Under the pieces are notes generated by a model. The model ran no database searches. It was given only the letters and a program-made list of their open reading frames with translations, and had not been told where the DNA came from. This document shows, one piece after another, positions 1 to 14,603 of a DNA stretch of 64,000 nucleotides. Position 1 is the first letter of the stretch. Each line of letters starts with the position of its first letter. Origin of the DNA: Eledone cirrhosa (Eukaryota). The stretch lies in contig OZ024743.1 of NCBI GenBank assembly GCA_964016885.1, forward strand, positions 314,960,001 through 315,024,000, in the 5' to 3' direction. The position numbers were made by a program, and so were the translations under genes.

Positions 1-648
1 GCATCTCCCAGCCGTCCAGGACCGGGGGGAGGAGTTGCTGTGCTTTTTCAGAAAGGCTTGGATCTCGCCATACGGGCCATTATCCTGGACACTGAAGGTA
101 AGTTGGTGGTGCTTGACGTGGCCAGTGGAGACGGGCAAACTTTCAGGCTAGTGGCCGTCTACTCTACGACAGGAGCAGGGCGGCCTGATTTCTTCCGGCG
201 TCTGAAGACCTTTCTTGGAACGTCCCGCTCTTCAGTGTTAGTGGGCGACTGGAACGGGATCTTAGATGCACGCTGGGACTGTGTGAGATTAGCGGATAGG
301 GGAGGAGGGTGTAAAAGACTTGCAAACCTCTTCAGACGGTTTCAGCTGTCTGACAGGTACCGTATGGATTTCCCGAATGTGCCAATGTGGACACGGACAA
401 AACTCATCGGGTCATCCAGATCATGTCTAGATAGGGTGTTTTGTAGGGAAATAGATAGGTCTAGCATAGGATGTCCACAATTCAAAATAGTCGACCACAC
501 GGACCACAAATTCGTGATCTGTGAGGTTGAATTAGATAGGCTTCATAGACAGGGCCCCGGCTACTGGAAGCTAAACGCATCGTTAACAGCGCGCAAGGCC
601 TACACAGACAGGATTAACGAACTAGTTATCAAAAAAACAAAAACATAG
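1..648 (+). pseudogene. L1/Tx1-type LINE ORF2 fragment, AP-endonuclease domain, 3'-truncated
   Basis: ORF 40..648 has APE motifs GDWNGILD, TWT-like MWT, SCLDRVF and TDHKFV followed by GPGYWKLNASL. It is homologous to 2560-3190. Confidence 0.85.
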
Positions 649-649
649 C

Positions 650-3600
650 GGAGCCAGGCTGTTCAGTTTTCAGTTTGTTGTCGTGCAACAGCGAGTCAAA
701 CGTGGAGACTAATAACCCTGCCCCTCCCGCACAATTTTAAAATGTAACATCAGGCAATATCTCCACCACCAGTACCACCATCAACAACAACACCAACAGC
801 TGTGAGATCACTAATAGAAATAATGATGACAACACCAACAACGACAGCAAGAACGACATCAAGGACAACTATATCAACAATAGTTACAACCAGAACAACA
901 AAAACAAAAATAACAACAAAAGCAGCGGTGATGACGAAACCACACAACATATAGGAGCTGCCTAACTACATCATTCTCAAAGGCTGCCAACAATGTTGAA
1001 AGAGTACGCGGCAGTGATAGGGATATGAGGAAGGCCAAGTTGTTGGTAAAAAAAAAAAGGACACAGGGTAAGACTCACCAACCTACCCAACGTCATGAAA
1101 AACCGACGTTTGTGTACGGTCTCCTACCGTACACTTGAACTGAAATCGCGCCAGGTGGAACGGATGACCAGATTCAAAGAGCTATGGGTGCCGTTTGGCA
1201 CAGAAAATCCATATAGCCCGAGGATCGAAGTATGGCACAGTGACTGTTCTCTTCGCTACACCCGAAAAAGCCAGAGTACACTTTATTACGCCACTCCGAA
1301 GTGACGAAATAATGATGATGTCCACATGTTGCGGCGAGAGTCACAAGGGACCGAGTGACCCAGGTTCCGCCCTCAATGGAGATCGCTTTGCTGATGGCGG
1401 CAGTCCTCGCTGACGTCGAGGAGTCAACAACAATCCTAGACGAAAACTGGTTAGGCTTAGGGATGGAGCTAATCATCCAATCAAACAATGAGAGCATAGA
1501 AGCCATCCCCGATTTGATCGATCTCGACGACGGCAGCCATCTACTGTGACTGTCGAAGGTTTCACGAGTGTCGAGACAAAACACATCTTAGGGCCTTCTT
1601 CCCCAAACTCACCAAGGCGGGCGCGCGCTCCCCTCTTCTCCCCACACCGTTCCACGCGACTGGAGTGGCCAAAACACCCGAGGCCGCAGTGGCAGAAAAA
1701 CTACCAGCCCCACCAACACTAACTACAAAAACACCGTCTCCTCCACCACAAACATCACCAACAAGACCAATGGAGAGCATGCCCCTTGTTGGTATCAATA
1801 AATTGGACAGGGAGTGTGATGACACTGAAGGTGGAAAACTATAGAACCGAAAAAGAAAACATAGAACTCCCTGACAAAAAAAAGAGTAGGAAAAAACAAA
1901 AAAATCAAAATGTCAACGACCACACCACTATCACCATCAAAAACCACACCCCATCAACCACCTACACCAACACCAACACCATAATGATCATCTACCCCAA
2001 CGTTACCTCCAGCAACAACACAACAAACACAGAAAACACCAATATCCCCAAAGCAGACAAAATACACAGCTATAGACACTAGACAAAGCAAAGCTTTTAA
2101 ATTACATTCAACACCACACCAACACCACAGAAACAAATTACATACAGACCACCAAAATTGCACTTAGCACACGCATAAAAATAATTGAAATCTCTCAAAA
2201 GAGTTACACACCATTAAAGAACAAGTCACCTGTGGCAATTGGAGACTATCAACGGAACCTCACCAAAAGCATTTATTCTGACATTCTTGTGGAGAAATCA
2301 GCCACTGGTCGGAGGGGTGAATCACGGACCTACTACCTAAAAGTGCTAGAGGTCATGTTACTTTTACGTTTCCCCTATCTTAGCCAACATGGCTTCTCTC
2401 AGGATAGGCAGTATAAATGCACGTGGTCTGGGGTCGTCTAGCAAGTAGGGTCACCTGCTGAACGAGCTCGCTAAACATAGATTTAGTGGCCATCAGCGAG
2501 ACCAGACTGTACAAAGCACGGGTATCCGCACCCATTTTCGGCGATTACGAGGTGTACACATCTCCAAGCCATCCCGGCTCGGGGGTGGGGGGAGTGGATG
2601 CGTTGTTCCGGAGAAGTCTGGATCACGTGATACGGGCCGTCTTCATAGACACAGAATGTAAGATCTCGCAGCTGGTCGTGATCAGCGAAGAAGAGCAAGC
2701 TATGAGGCTAGTGGCGCTGTCTATGCCCCGACGGGTGTAGGACGCCCTAACTTCTTCCGGTGACTGGAGATGTTTCTTGGAACGTCCCACTCTTTGGTGA
2801 GAGTGGGTGACTGGAACAGGATTTTAGAGGCACGCTGGGGCTGTGCGGGATTGGCGGATAGGGGAGGAGGGTGGAAAAGCGTCGCAAACCTGCTCAGACG
2901 GTTTCAACTGTCTGACAGGTACCCCTGGATTTCCCAAATGTGCCAATGTGGAAATGGACAAACCGCATCGGGTCATCCTGATCGTATCTAAATAGGATAT
3001 TTTGTAGGGAAATATGGAGGTCTAGCATACGATGTCAACAATTCAAGATAGACGACTACACAGAGCCTAAATTCGTGGCCTGTGTGGTCGACTTAGATAG
3101 GTTTCGTAGACAGGGACCCGGCTACTGAATGCTGAACGCGTCGTTGACAAAGGGCAAAGCCTACAGAGACCGGATTAGCGAATGAGTTAAGCGGGCGTTG
3201 ACGGGGGCCGTTGTCAACAACAAATAGTATTTCGCCCAGAAAAAGGCGATTAATATAGAGTCTATTGGATTAAGGCGTCAGCAATGGAGAAAAATAGAGC
3301 AGAGGGAGAACTAGTTAGAAAATAGATGAGGCGCTTAGTAAAGGAATCAAGACTGACTTAATTGTGGCGAAATGGGCCACCGATCAATTCTTCAACGCAA
3401 AGCACGAAGGCTGCGTTGTCAGAGCTAGGGTACGTGCTCTCAGACACGAGGGGACGAAAGATGTTCGAAGGCCCGAGTGACGGAGGCGCGTTCTGGCAAC
3501 AAAGCCACGATCCGGTCTTTGGAGGACCACGACGGGCGCGTTAGTCGATCTCGGGCAAATGTGTGCGGCTTTTCAGTGACACTTTGTGCAGCTGTTCGGC

Positions 3601-5850
3601 GGCAGCGGTGGGCCGGATCGTGGTTTGAACTTCAGTGCCTACCTCGATGGTCTGCTCCAGCTCTTGGCCACTGAGGCGGAGTGTTGCCAAAAGCCGATAA
3701 CAGCCCCTGAAGTACGGGAACCAATGACTGCACGATGGGTAAATCACCTGTTTTGTATGGTCTGGCCTATGAGCTTTACGTACACATGCCAGATTTGTTC
3801 GGCGACCTCTTGGTGGACGACTACTGCACCTGGCAGCAGAATAGGAGAAGTCCCAGTTATGTGAGCCGAGGAGCAGTGGCTCTGCTGAGAAAGGACCCGA
3901 ACAAGACGGGCAACGTAGATAATTTCGGGCCCATAACTCTGCTATTCGCAGAGTTCAACATTTTTGCCAAGCTGCTACAAAGTAGTTGGCGCTTGTGGTC
4001 GGTGCTCTGGTGGGAGAGGCGCAGACATGCACCATTCAAGACAGATCCATCCACAACAATCTCCACCACTTCAGAGACTGAATAGGTGACATGCACAGCG
4101 ATATCTGCTCTGTGGTGAGAGTGAAGCGTCACCTTTCGTAACCGTTCAACATCATGCCCACGGTCCGCCAAGGATGTCCCCTCCCATCCCTGTTATGCGT
4201 ATTGATTCTCGAGCCAATACTACACTGATTGGAGAGTTTGAGGGGTGTCCGCGCGAACTGGGATGCGGGATAACCATGTCAGCATATGCCGACGTCGTTA
4301 CCGCAGTGGTGTCGAGAGCAAAATACATCGATGCGATCGACACTTCTCTAAAAGAATAGGAGGCAGTGACGGGAACAATGATTAACCAGGAAAAGTAGGT
4401 GGGCCTGCGGCTCGACACTTTGAGACGCAGGTCCATGCCATCCAACAGCGTCGTCGGGCGATGGGAGGAGGGACGGGTTAAACTGCTAGGGGTCTGGTTC
4501 CATCCTCATCTCCAGACGGTCAAAAACTGGGATGAGTTGATGAACAGGGTGGCTTCCCTCACCCAGAAATGGGTCGAGAGGAAGCTATCCCTGAAAGATC
4601 GAGCGGAGGTGGTGAACGCTTCATTGCATTCGTCATCTACTACCACCTGGCCGTGTGGAAGGGGCGTGCTCCGATGGTCAGGTGGTCCATCTGCTGTCAA
4701 CACCCTCTAATTGGAGGGCTGGGAAGGCCGTGGCTGATGAGGCGTAGACATGATCTTAGGCTACATTACCTCCACCTCTTCCTCAACGGTGAACAGGTGT
4801 GGTCGCCGTTTGCTAGACGTGTAATTCCCCCAGCTCGTCTCCTTGACGGAGCTGTAGTCCTGCGTGAAGCGAAGATCGAGAGGGAGCGCTTGGAGATTGG
4901 AATGACTTCAGCCGCTCACAGTCCTCGACCAATCGGGTGATGTGATCTGTGTAAACTCCACCTTGGCGTTCTATAGAGGTTTAGTTGAGGGAAAGAGCGA
5001 CGCTGTCCTCGGGGAGACTCTAGTTGTCGACGAAATTCAACTAGCCAATCTCTTCGGCAGAACTTTCTGGCCGGGGCCCATAGACAACTTTCAGAAATCA
5101 CTGGCCTTGTAGTGCTACCGGGGAGATTTGTCAGATCGGGATAAACTCTATTGGCACGGAAGTGCCCTCAGCTGGGCTTGTCCGAGATGCACGCGGGTGA
5201 CGAAACTGCTCTACACACAGTTGTCCAGTGTCCGAGCATCGCTGACCTGTTCGTTTATGTTGAACATCTGCTGTCACGTGTAGGACGGATGCGGCTATCA
5301 GCTAAGTCTATCCTCAAGATTATCCCACCGCCTTCCTTTAGCCGGAAAGGGCAGGTAGTTTTTATCTTCCTGGTGGCCATGGCAAAAGAGACTTTGTTGT
5401 GAATGCGTTTGAAAGGGCTGAAGACGAGCACTTAGCTCTTGGTGATGCCCTGATATTCCTTTTCAAATTTCATTTGAAAATGAAAATCAGGGTGGAGAGG
5501 GAAATGGTTTCTTCCCAGCAATTTGTTGAAAGATGGCTGAGAGAGGCAAGCGTGGCCCGAGTGAATGCTCCTGCTCTGGGTATGCGCCTGTAAATTGAAT
5601 ATGGAAAACTGGGAGAGGGCACTTTCCCTGGTGATCAGGCCACCGTGGCTTTTCTTAATGGGCTTTCTCCACGAGTGTCCTTTGGAAGTCTTCCCCCTAT
5701 TGGGGAATTTACCTTTGTTTCTTTTTTTTGCAATTTCCTTTGTTATTGTTTTTTTCTTTACACGCAGAAATGTCCATTTGTATCGCGCTGTACTGTCTTG
5801 TGCTGTCCATAATGTTATATTTTATGTCAACCCTTGTGGTTAATAAAGAA
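650..5850 (+). mobile_element. Near full-length, heavily decayed L1/Tx1-type non-LTR retrotransposon
   Basis: Putative ORF1 remnants at about 1095-1800 with Thr/Asn-rich low complexity. Frameshifted ORF2: APE (AISETRL, GDWN), RT (NFGPITLL, SAYADVV, VKLLGVWF) and C-terminal C...ETALHTVVQC. T-rich 3' UTR with AATAAA at about 5842. Confidence 0.85.
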
Positions 5851-5854
5851 AGCC

Positions 5855-6600
5855 TTATTATCGTGCTTCGGACTTTACGTGCTGAGCTAGAATCTCGCCA
5901 TGGTTAACTTCATATTTTATCCTTGTGGGTGTTAATAAAATAAAGCACAAGAAATGCACTCGGATCTATTTAATCAATTCCCCCAAAATAATGGTTGGTC
6001 TTGTGCCTAAATCAGAAAGCATTATTATTATTATTATTTGGTAGAGCGTCGGACAACATGCATTACGATATGGAGGTACGTTCCTTTACGTTTTCGGTAC
6101 AAAACCGACCGAGGTTTGCTTTGCTTTTCATGTTTACGTGGTCGATAAAATAAAGCACCAGTAATGCTCTGGGAAAATTGCTGGTCTTGTGCCAAAAGTA
6201 GAAACAATTATTATTAGGATTAATGAATGACAGAATCGTTGGGGCGTTGGTAAAACGTTTTGTCGTTTTAAATTCCAGGATTTTAATCTCTGAGTTCAAA
6301 TCTCGCTTTTCATTTAACCATCTGGAATAATAAAGTACTACACATATACTGAGGGCGATTTAATTGACGTTCCCTTCTCCCCCAAAATTACTGTGTCTAA
6401 ATCAAAAACAATTGGCAGTATCGGTAGATGGTCGGGCGCCATCCTTTGCATCATAGAGTTACGGCCCTTTATTTTCTAAGATCAAATCCTGCCGAGGTTA
6501 GCTTTGCCTTTCATCCTTACGGGGTCGATAAAATAAAGTACTAGTAATGTACTGGGGATTTGCTGGCCTTGTGCCAAAAGTAGAAACAATTATTATTTGT
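5855..6600 (+). mobile_element. Tandem cluster of about 4 degenerate tRNA-headed SINE copies (family S1)
   Basis: Repeated core TTGCCTTTCATCCTTACGGGGTCGATAAAATAAAGTAC and tail TTGCTGGCCTTGTGCC..AAGTAGAAACAATTATTATT. A further reverse copy lies at about 6730-6900. Confidence 0.8.
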
Positions 6601-8771
6601 TATTTTCAATGAATTCTATAGTTGCTAATCCGTGAAATACTGATACAATATTTGGAAAAATCAAATTTAGTTGCTAGGTTCGTATTTCATGTGGGGCACA
6701 GTATAAAAACTGTCTCGTTGTGGCAGAAGGCCCGTTTTTTGTGGGTAGAGGAAAGTCGATTGTATTGACCCCAGTACTTCACTGGTACATAATTTTATTG
6801 GCATCAGAAGGATGAAATGCAACGATGCCTTTGATAGAATATGAATTCAGATGAAAACAAAATACTAGGCATTTGTTCGATCCTCTAACGACTCAATAAT
6901 TAAAATAATGGCTTGTTTTTTTTTCCACAATGGCGTCGAATAAAGGAGACATTGCGGAGACAAAATTTATCAGGAAGGTGGTGATTTACATAATAAGGTC
7001 CTCCTCGTAGAAAGAGCTGAAAACCTAAACCGTATTGAAGAATCACACAGATCCATAATGAGCCTGCACAACAAGGAACAGCAATTTTTCCTACCGGCAC
7101 ATGGTAAGAGTAGTGTCATTTGCCATTTAGTCTACTTTTATACTCCTTCACTAGAGAAAGCAATGACACTAATCTTAACAACCCTTCCAGGCAAACTTCA
7201 AAATGTCGGTGAGAGACTCATAGAACAAAAATGTGTTTGTTGTTAGTTCTTTAAACTTTTCCACCACTCAACTTCTTTCGCCATAGCCATAATACGGGTA
7301 AAACATAGACCCTCCCTTGGAGCCATCCTATACTCGACAACAGTTTTTCAGCATAATTCAACAAATTAGCAATACGAGCATTGTCTTAGCGCATGCAGAG
7401 CAGTTCCGTTGCTTTGAGCATCAGGGACAGGGCCATGTGACAGCATTTCCATGACAGTAGAGTTTAACTCGAACCGACAATGGCCTCCCTCGAACTGCCA
7501 GGGCTGGGAAGTCTCAAATGTTCCACATTCTCAGAATCGAAATTCTCCGGTTAGGACTATTGAGTTCGTTTTAGTTGAAACCCAGAACTTCCCCATAAAC
7601 GGCGTCAAATTTATGTTTCACTTGTAAACAGGATAAAATAGAATAAATTATTTCTCTATAAATAGAACGCATCAATAGTTTACAAAATCATTTACAACGA
7701 TGGTATGTTTTCATAAGATCTAATATGGAATCTCAGAATTTAAGATTATGGTTGGAATATTCTTTCATATGAAAATTCGACGCTAAATTGAAGCCAAATT
7801 AAACACCTTGAAGCTATCCACAAGTGATTAGCCAAAACAACAATATTTTATAATATCCTCGTTTATTGTTTCAACTGAAACCATTAAATATTTGGGATTC
7901 CATTATTCACAATTAGCAATTCTAATTAGAGAATTCATTTCAAAATTATTTCTTTGAAAGAATTTTGATATTGTGCAATGCTATGCAACTTACTTTTGTT
8001 TTCTATGTATTTATATATTTGTATTTGGTTTCTATCTCTCCTAACAACTTCTTTTCACTCATGTTTGTTTACTTTTATGCAAATAAGATATTTATTATTC
8101 TCTGTGGTTAGATATTATATAACCTCATTTCTTTAAACTGTACATGATTCCTAGTTCAATGTTCAATCCCAATCTATAGTACATTGGATAAGTGCCAGCA
8201 TAGATATGATCAAAATTATGTCTTAGAAACTGAATTAAGGAAACTCTGTGCAGGCATGTTCGCATTTTTCAGTGGTAAACATAATCCGTCGTTGATTTAA
8301 CAAAGGCATCTTGTTTGCAATTAGTGTTAGAGATAGTTTAAACCAAAGCCACGTTTAATAGCAGTAGCGTGTTGCCTTTAGTGGTGAAACGTAATTAACT
8401 GTCTAACACCGACAAATCATGGGCGTTTACAGTAAGAGATGTAGTCTGTCTTAAAATCATTCGGAAGATGTCTGAGGAAAACCCATAAGTCATGTTTTGC
8501 CGCTAGTTTTCCAACTCAGTTTTGCGACATAGGCAACGTGCATATGTAAGTGTGCATGTGTTAGTGAGAAAAAGTGAATATCTGCCGGAGAGAAATGATA
8601 TGTAACATATGCAAAAGGCAGACTAGAATACATATGCATAATCCCCCCTCCCCCACATACACACACACATACACATATATATGCATATTCATTGAATATA
8701 TTAATAGTTTTATGTAACATATTCCTTGTTCAATAGATAAGTGCAGCTCATGCACATTCTCGTACTTAATT

Positions 8772-8872
<101 letters not shown>

Positions 8873-9514
8873 TAAAAAATCGAAACGTTTAAAAGAAGCA
8901 ATCTTTCTTTGAAATGATAAGACTAGAGTTTCGTTTAAGACACAGAAAAAAAATACACCAATAAGACAACAGCAGTCTCAACAACAGCCACAATAACAAG
9001 AATAACTACATTTTCCTCTTTAAAAAGTGTTCAATTAAAGAAATAAAATATATGTTATTTTCATATTTTACATTTTTGATATATTTTAATAATGTAAAAT
9101 GAGAACATGATAATATCAGTGCAGGCGAAGTCGATTTCTGCATGTGTGAGCTTTGCGGTTATTTTAATGGTAAGGAATTGAAGAGTAAAAGACGGGGGTG
9201 GAGGAGGAAAAGGAGAAGAACGTGGATGAGGAGGAGATCGTTGTAAAATGATATGGCACTTGTTGCTTAGCGACGTTTGTTACGTTCTGTGGATGATCGG
9301 TTTCCTACTCTCTGGTGTTCATTGAGTGTTCATGCTACAGGCATTTCCAGCATCTGCTCGCATAACACACTCGTTTAAAACATAAAAAAAACACAAAAAG
9401 CAAACACGCTCGCTCGCGCACTTCCCACGCTCACACACGCACGCATACACAGACACAGACACAGACACACACACACACACACACAAATATATATATGTAT
9501 ATATATATATATAC

Positions 9515-9580
<66 letters not shown>

Positions 9581-9583
<3 letters not shown>

Positions 9584-10200
9584 TATGTATACGTACATAC
9601 ATATATGTATACCGACGTACAGTAGTATATATATACATACATGCACACACACATATATATAAGTGCGTATGGGTTTACCAAACATTTATTATAATGCTGG
9701 GTTTGTTTCTAAACAAACAGACGCAATTATTAGCCGTACAGTGTTCGGCAACCATCGTTCCCCTTTTGTTCAACATTGACAAAGGAACTATGAACTAGTT
9801 TCTAGCTTATTAGCTGTCATCAGCACTGTATACCTTCCTGTCAGTCGGTTGAACGTTTGAAAGTATATACCTTCCTTATGCATATTAACGGCTGAGCAGC
9901 CTAATTTGCATATCGAGTGAGTTATTCGGCCGGGTGTACCGAAAACGATAAACGGAAAAAAATGAAATTTCATTTCTCACCATTAGTACGGCTGATACTT
10001 AAATATAAGTATGTATACGTACATACATATATGTATACAGACGTACAGTAGTATGTATATACATACATACATGCATACATATATATATGTACGTATGGGT
10101 TTACCGAACATTTATTATATATATATAAGTATGTACGTATACATACTTATATTTAAGCATCAGCCGTACTAAGAGTGAGAAATGAAATTTCATTTTTTCA
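9581..10200 (-). mobile_element. Putative non-autonomous retrozyme / PLE-derived element (family R1), about 1.3 units of a 426-bp monomer plus an inverted terminal fragment
   Basis: Direct repeat 9581-9693 matches 10007-10118. Inverted fragment at about 10127-10200. Flanked by (TA)n. Homologous to 25691-26168. Confidence 0.7.
9788..9829 (-). ncRNA. Minimal type I hammerhead ribozyme motif
   Basis: Minus strand reads CAGUG CUGAUGA C AGCU AAUA AGCU A GAAAC UA GUU CAUAG: core boxes, stem II, palindromic ACUAGU stem III and a short stem I. Confidence 0.7.
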
Positions 10201-10294
10201 ATATATATATATATATAAGAGGATAGCTGAAACCGTTCGCGGTCGCGGTCGTTATTTTACCTCATTAATATATATATATGTGTGTGTGTGTTTG

Positions 10295-10480
10295 TGAAGG
10301 TGCACGGCATAATGGTTACGCTGATGGACTTGGGATCAAAATAACGTGGTTTGGACTCGAGGACCTCTTGGCACGTCGTATTCTTGAGCGAAAAACTTCA
10401 TTTTAAATAGCTCCAGTACATGTAATTCGAAAAGGAGTGTCAACAGTAGCTTTTTCATCCCACTATGGATTAGTGCCCTC
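10295..10480 (+). mobile_element. Degenerate tRNA-headed SINE with CORE/V-like body (family S2)
   Basis: A-box-like GGCATAATGG, then TTCTTGAGCGAAAAACTTCATTT. Homologous to the reverse complement of 13700-13880. Confidence 0.5.
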
Positions 10481-11042
10481 TCTACAGACTTAAAGCAGAA
10501 ATTGTTTGATTCAGAATTTAAGCCTACGAATTACTACAGACTTAAAGCAGAAATTGTTTGATCCAGAATTTAAACACACGACGTATATGATTACATGATA
10601 AAAACCCTAACCACTAGATCACACGCTTTCGCATGTCCAGCCTGTTAACAAGGCGCTTTGAAGAATTATTCCACATAATCGGTTTATACATCGCCGAGAA
10701 AATAGTATAGCTTTATCGAATTCTAGATCGTAATAAATGATGCAAAGATTGTGTTCCATTATTTTATTTATGCTGAGGTTTTCTATAAAATATGACGTAC
10801 AATATTTTTAATAATTATTCCTTACTAATTATTGTTATATAATCCCTTAGTCCATGAATGTTTATTTGGTTCAGTATGATAATAACAACAATACAAATGA
10901 TATGCTGAAAGTCTAGCTATTACATGCTATATTTGACAACTCGAATTATGAATCTCATAGTACTCAGTGGTTATAGGTACGTGTATATTATTTTATATAC
11001 TTTCTAGAAACAAACCATCTCCCCGCATATATATGAATATAT

Positions 11043-11101
<59 letters not shown>

Positions 11102-12077
11102 ATAGAGCCAGTTTAAAACTAGTTAGATCATTGCTTAACAGAGTACTTGATACTTGGCGTAGTAGAGTATAGCTATATTATAAAAAGTCAGGATCCAGTA
11201 CCTTAGCTCTTACCTTTCCACAGCTATTTCCGTATCTAGCTGTTGAAACGGCAAGACACTTTATAATAATCGTATATAAATTTATATATGTATATGCATA
11301 TATTATACATGTATATTGTACGCTTGCACATATAAAACATAAACATATGCATACGTTTGTATAATATAGGAGAGGTTTACCTACATACAGACTAGAATTA
11401 GAGAAATATTCTTCTTCACATTTTAACCACGTTTTCATCTCAACCCGAATTTATTTATTATTTATTTACTGCCATGTCTCAGTTCTTCTCTCAGTAGAGC
11501 ATCATTCTAAAATAACCAAATTTATAATTATATTATAATTAGTTTTTACAGCAGCGTGATATATTTGGCACCGAGTCTCTACTGATCTAGCTAGCATGGC
11601 AAACATTCGAAATTTTGTGTTTCTGGTGAGTTTTTCGATAGTACATAATTTAAATTCTCATGGTTTATATGATCTTAATATATAATACGTGATCTATTAA
11701 CAAGGTCAGAAATGCTTATCTAAGACAATATTAACCAGAATCAATTGCATTGTACATAAGTTGAAATTAAGCGACTGACAATGAAAAGTTTCTATCAGAA
11801 CGGTAGATCAGCACATTGCATATGTTACTGGTACACGTTTTCCCCAGCAGAGTTGCAGCGAAACGCAATACATACACTAAGATCGTGGGCCAACATTAAA
11901 ACCATTAGATCAGTCATCTTCCACAAAAGATAGCAAAAATCTCTACATATAAATCGAATGAAGTCAATTTCAAAGAACAGAACTTTTTGCTTCATACAAT
12001 TGAAGATCTCAACATATAATTATGTGTAACATCTACATACCTGTAGAATTTATTAACAACACACGTGTCACCATATA

Positions 12078-12262
<185 letters not shown>

Positions 12263-12619
12263 GAGATATACATAAGTATTCGCAACACATTAATAGCTTA
12301 CTTTGTTCTTCAGCATTAAAAGTGGATTTCATTTCGTTTTTTATTCACCTCTAACAATTCAGGTTGAACAGTTATTGTAAATTATTATGTAAATACAATC
12401 TTGTAGTTCTGATAACTTATAAATTAACTACCAAATTTCTGCACTACCTCGCATTATTTTCTCCTATTTTACAGCAGATTGAATATACTTGAACAATATA
12501 TCATTATGTAAAATACGATGGTTAAACATAGCCTTACGCCTGTGCTTTTCTTAATTATATATACATATATATAATATATCGACGTATCTTTTCTCTTCTC
12601 TTTCTCACTATATATATAT

Positions 12620-12775
12620 AACGATGGAGTTGTGGTAAGGTACCTGATGGACCATAACGCACCACAGAACTCAATACTTAGAGTAGTAGAGTGGGTAATA
12701 GGAAAATGTATGACCCCGACGGCAGAGCTCAAGCCGTTTCGACGGCTATTTCAGTCCAGAAATAGCCGTCGAATA
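12620..12775 (-). mobile_element. pLTR-like fragment (family R2) with the 3' half of a hammerhead
   Basis: Hairpin TTCGACGGCTATTTC/GAAATAGCCGTCGAA at 12738-12773. Minus strand continues GAAAC GGC UUGAGCUCU GCC GUC GGGGUCA. Homologues at 11100-11262, 38167-38290, 42347-42490, 43078-43270 and 45154-45225. Confidence 0.65.
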
Positions 12776-13475
12776 AAATATATATACAGTGTATATATAT
12801 ATATATATGTATACTCATGTATACTGTTGAAGATGAAGAGAAAGACTGTAAAAACTAGCTTATCTTTATAATTTAAAATTGATAAACACTACGATACTCT
12901 GTACATGTCAACGCTTCATTTTGCCTTATGACAGCTAGTTTTCACGCCGTAACATTAGATACATTATATACCCCCCCCCCCACACACACACACACCTAAG
13001 TAATGTCAGAGTCTCCTTAAATAATTTATTGATAGCATTGTTGTAATTGTTGTTATTGTTCTAATTGAATGCCATTACTACTTCATATAGTAGCATGTAT
13101 TTTCTTTTCTTTTCTTGCCTGTGTATTTTCTTCATTCTCGCATGCTCCGAAGATCTGACTGATTATAATTCTGTATTGGCGATTGAGTAACGCAAAATTA
13201 AGCGGATAGCGATCTCTAGACAGACCAGTTCAGTGAAACAAATGTAAGCTATGTGATTAAAAACTTTTTTGTATAGCAAACCATGTAAACCTTCTTTCCT
13301 GATTTATTATTACTCCAAGTGTTTACAACATAGGAATTACAGCATACCCGCAGCATCACTATGAAAACGCCTTGTTGAGTCAAACCAAGCCAAGCGTTAA
13401 TATCATCCACTACCTGGAATACCATAACTGGACTTCACCTAAGTGGACTGCATTTAACTATTATTTGTTAATCCG

Positions 13476-13513
<38 letters not shown>

Positions 13514-13694
13514 AAAGGTAAACATAAATAACAACACAATCGGTAGTGTATGGAAAGTATATTATATATTCTTATACTTGGGGAGGGTCATATTGTTGTA
13601 ATATTGCCAGAAATAATAACAGAACACACTCACTGTTTGGTTGATTTTCGCTTCTGTATCTTTTATATCTATATATAAAATCTAAAGTCTGTCT

Positions 13695-13945
13695 TAAGCC
13701 AGAAAGCTTATTTGGCCGGTGCTTATCCCGGTCTCATGGCGTGAAGCGACCGAGAGTACAAGAAACCTACCTGGACAGGACGCCAGTCCATCGCAGGCTA
13801 TTGCTGGTAATCATTTTCAACTAGGTATAGTGGAGAAACGTGAAATGAAGTGTTTTGCTCAAGAACACAACACGCAATCCAGTGGTAGGTGTGTTGGACT
13901 TACGATCGTGAAGTCGTGGGTTTGATTCCTGGGTTTCATATTGTG
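13695..13945 (-). mobile_element. CORE/V-type SINE (family S2) with the tRNA-like head inverted relative to the body
   Basis: Minus-strand body TGTGTTCTTGAGCAAAACACTTCATTTCAC...CCTGCGATGGACTGGCGTCCTGTCCAGG. A B-box-like GGGTTTGATTCC lies on the plus strand at about 13918-13929. Confidence 0.6.
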
Positions 13946-14497
13946 CTATATATATATATGTATATATATATACAAAAAGAGGGGGGGGTATTTTCGACCA
14001 AATGGCGCCTATGTTGTGATAATACCGATCTCTATACACACTCCGCATCTCTACGTGATTGGAGTACTTACCTACTTTATTATCTCTTCTGTCCCAGCAC
14101 CGTAGACTGTCAAAATTAAAATTGAGATGGATGATCAGTGTTTCTGTTGAGGTTGGTCTCGCCCCACAATAGAAACAGAAACCCTCCATCTCAATGTTTT
14201 TGATTTTGAAAATCATAAGGACTGTGAAACTGTTAAAGTAAATAAATATTCTTAAAAGACTCTATTTGCATTTTCAATTTATTTTGTTATATATATTAAT
14301 CGAATTAGATCTCACTCCAACTTTGACTAAATAAAATAGTTTAATAACGGGGTATATAAACCTGCTTAAAGAAAAAAAACATGGGCATACCCGTAGTTAG
14401 TTAACTATGTCATTCATACAAAGTTGCGATGAGACCTTCTAATTCAAATTTCACACCCTGCTTACCATTTTCTAAATATCATATTTACTGTACGACG

Positions 14498-14603
<106 letters not shown>

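Noticed and set aside
5855-6600. Regularly spaced repeats resembling a CRISPR array
   Set aside because: The units are diverged SINE copies of about 190 bp in a eukaryotic context, with no short identical repeats and no cas genes.
10483-10575. Tandem duplication of about 52 bp
   Set aside because: A simple local duplication with no further structure.
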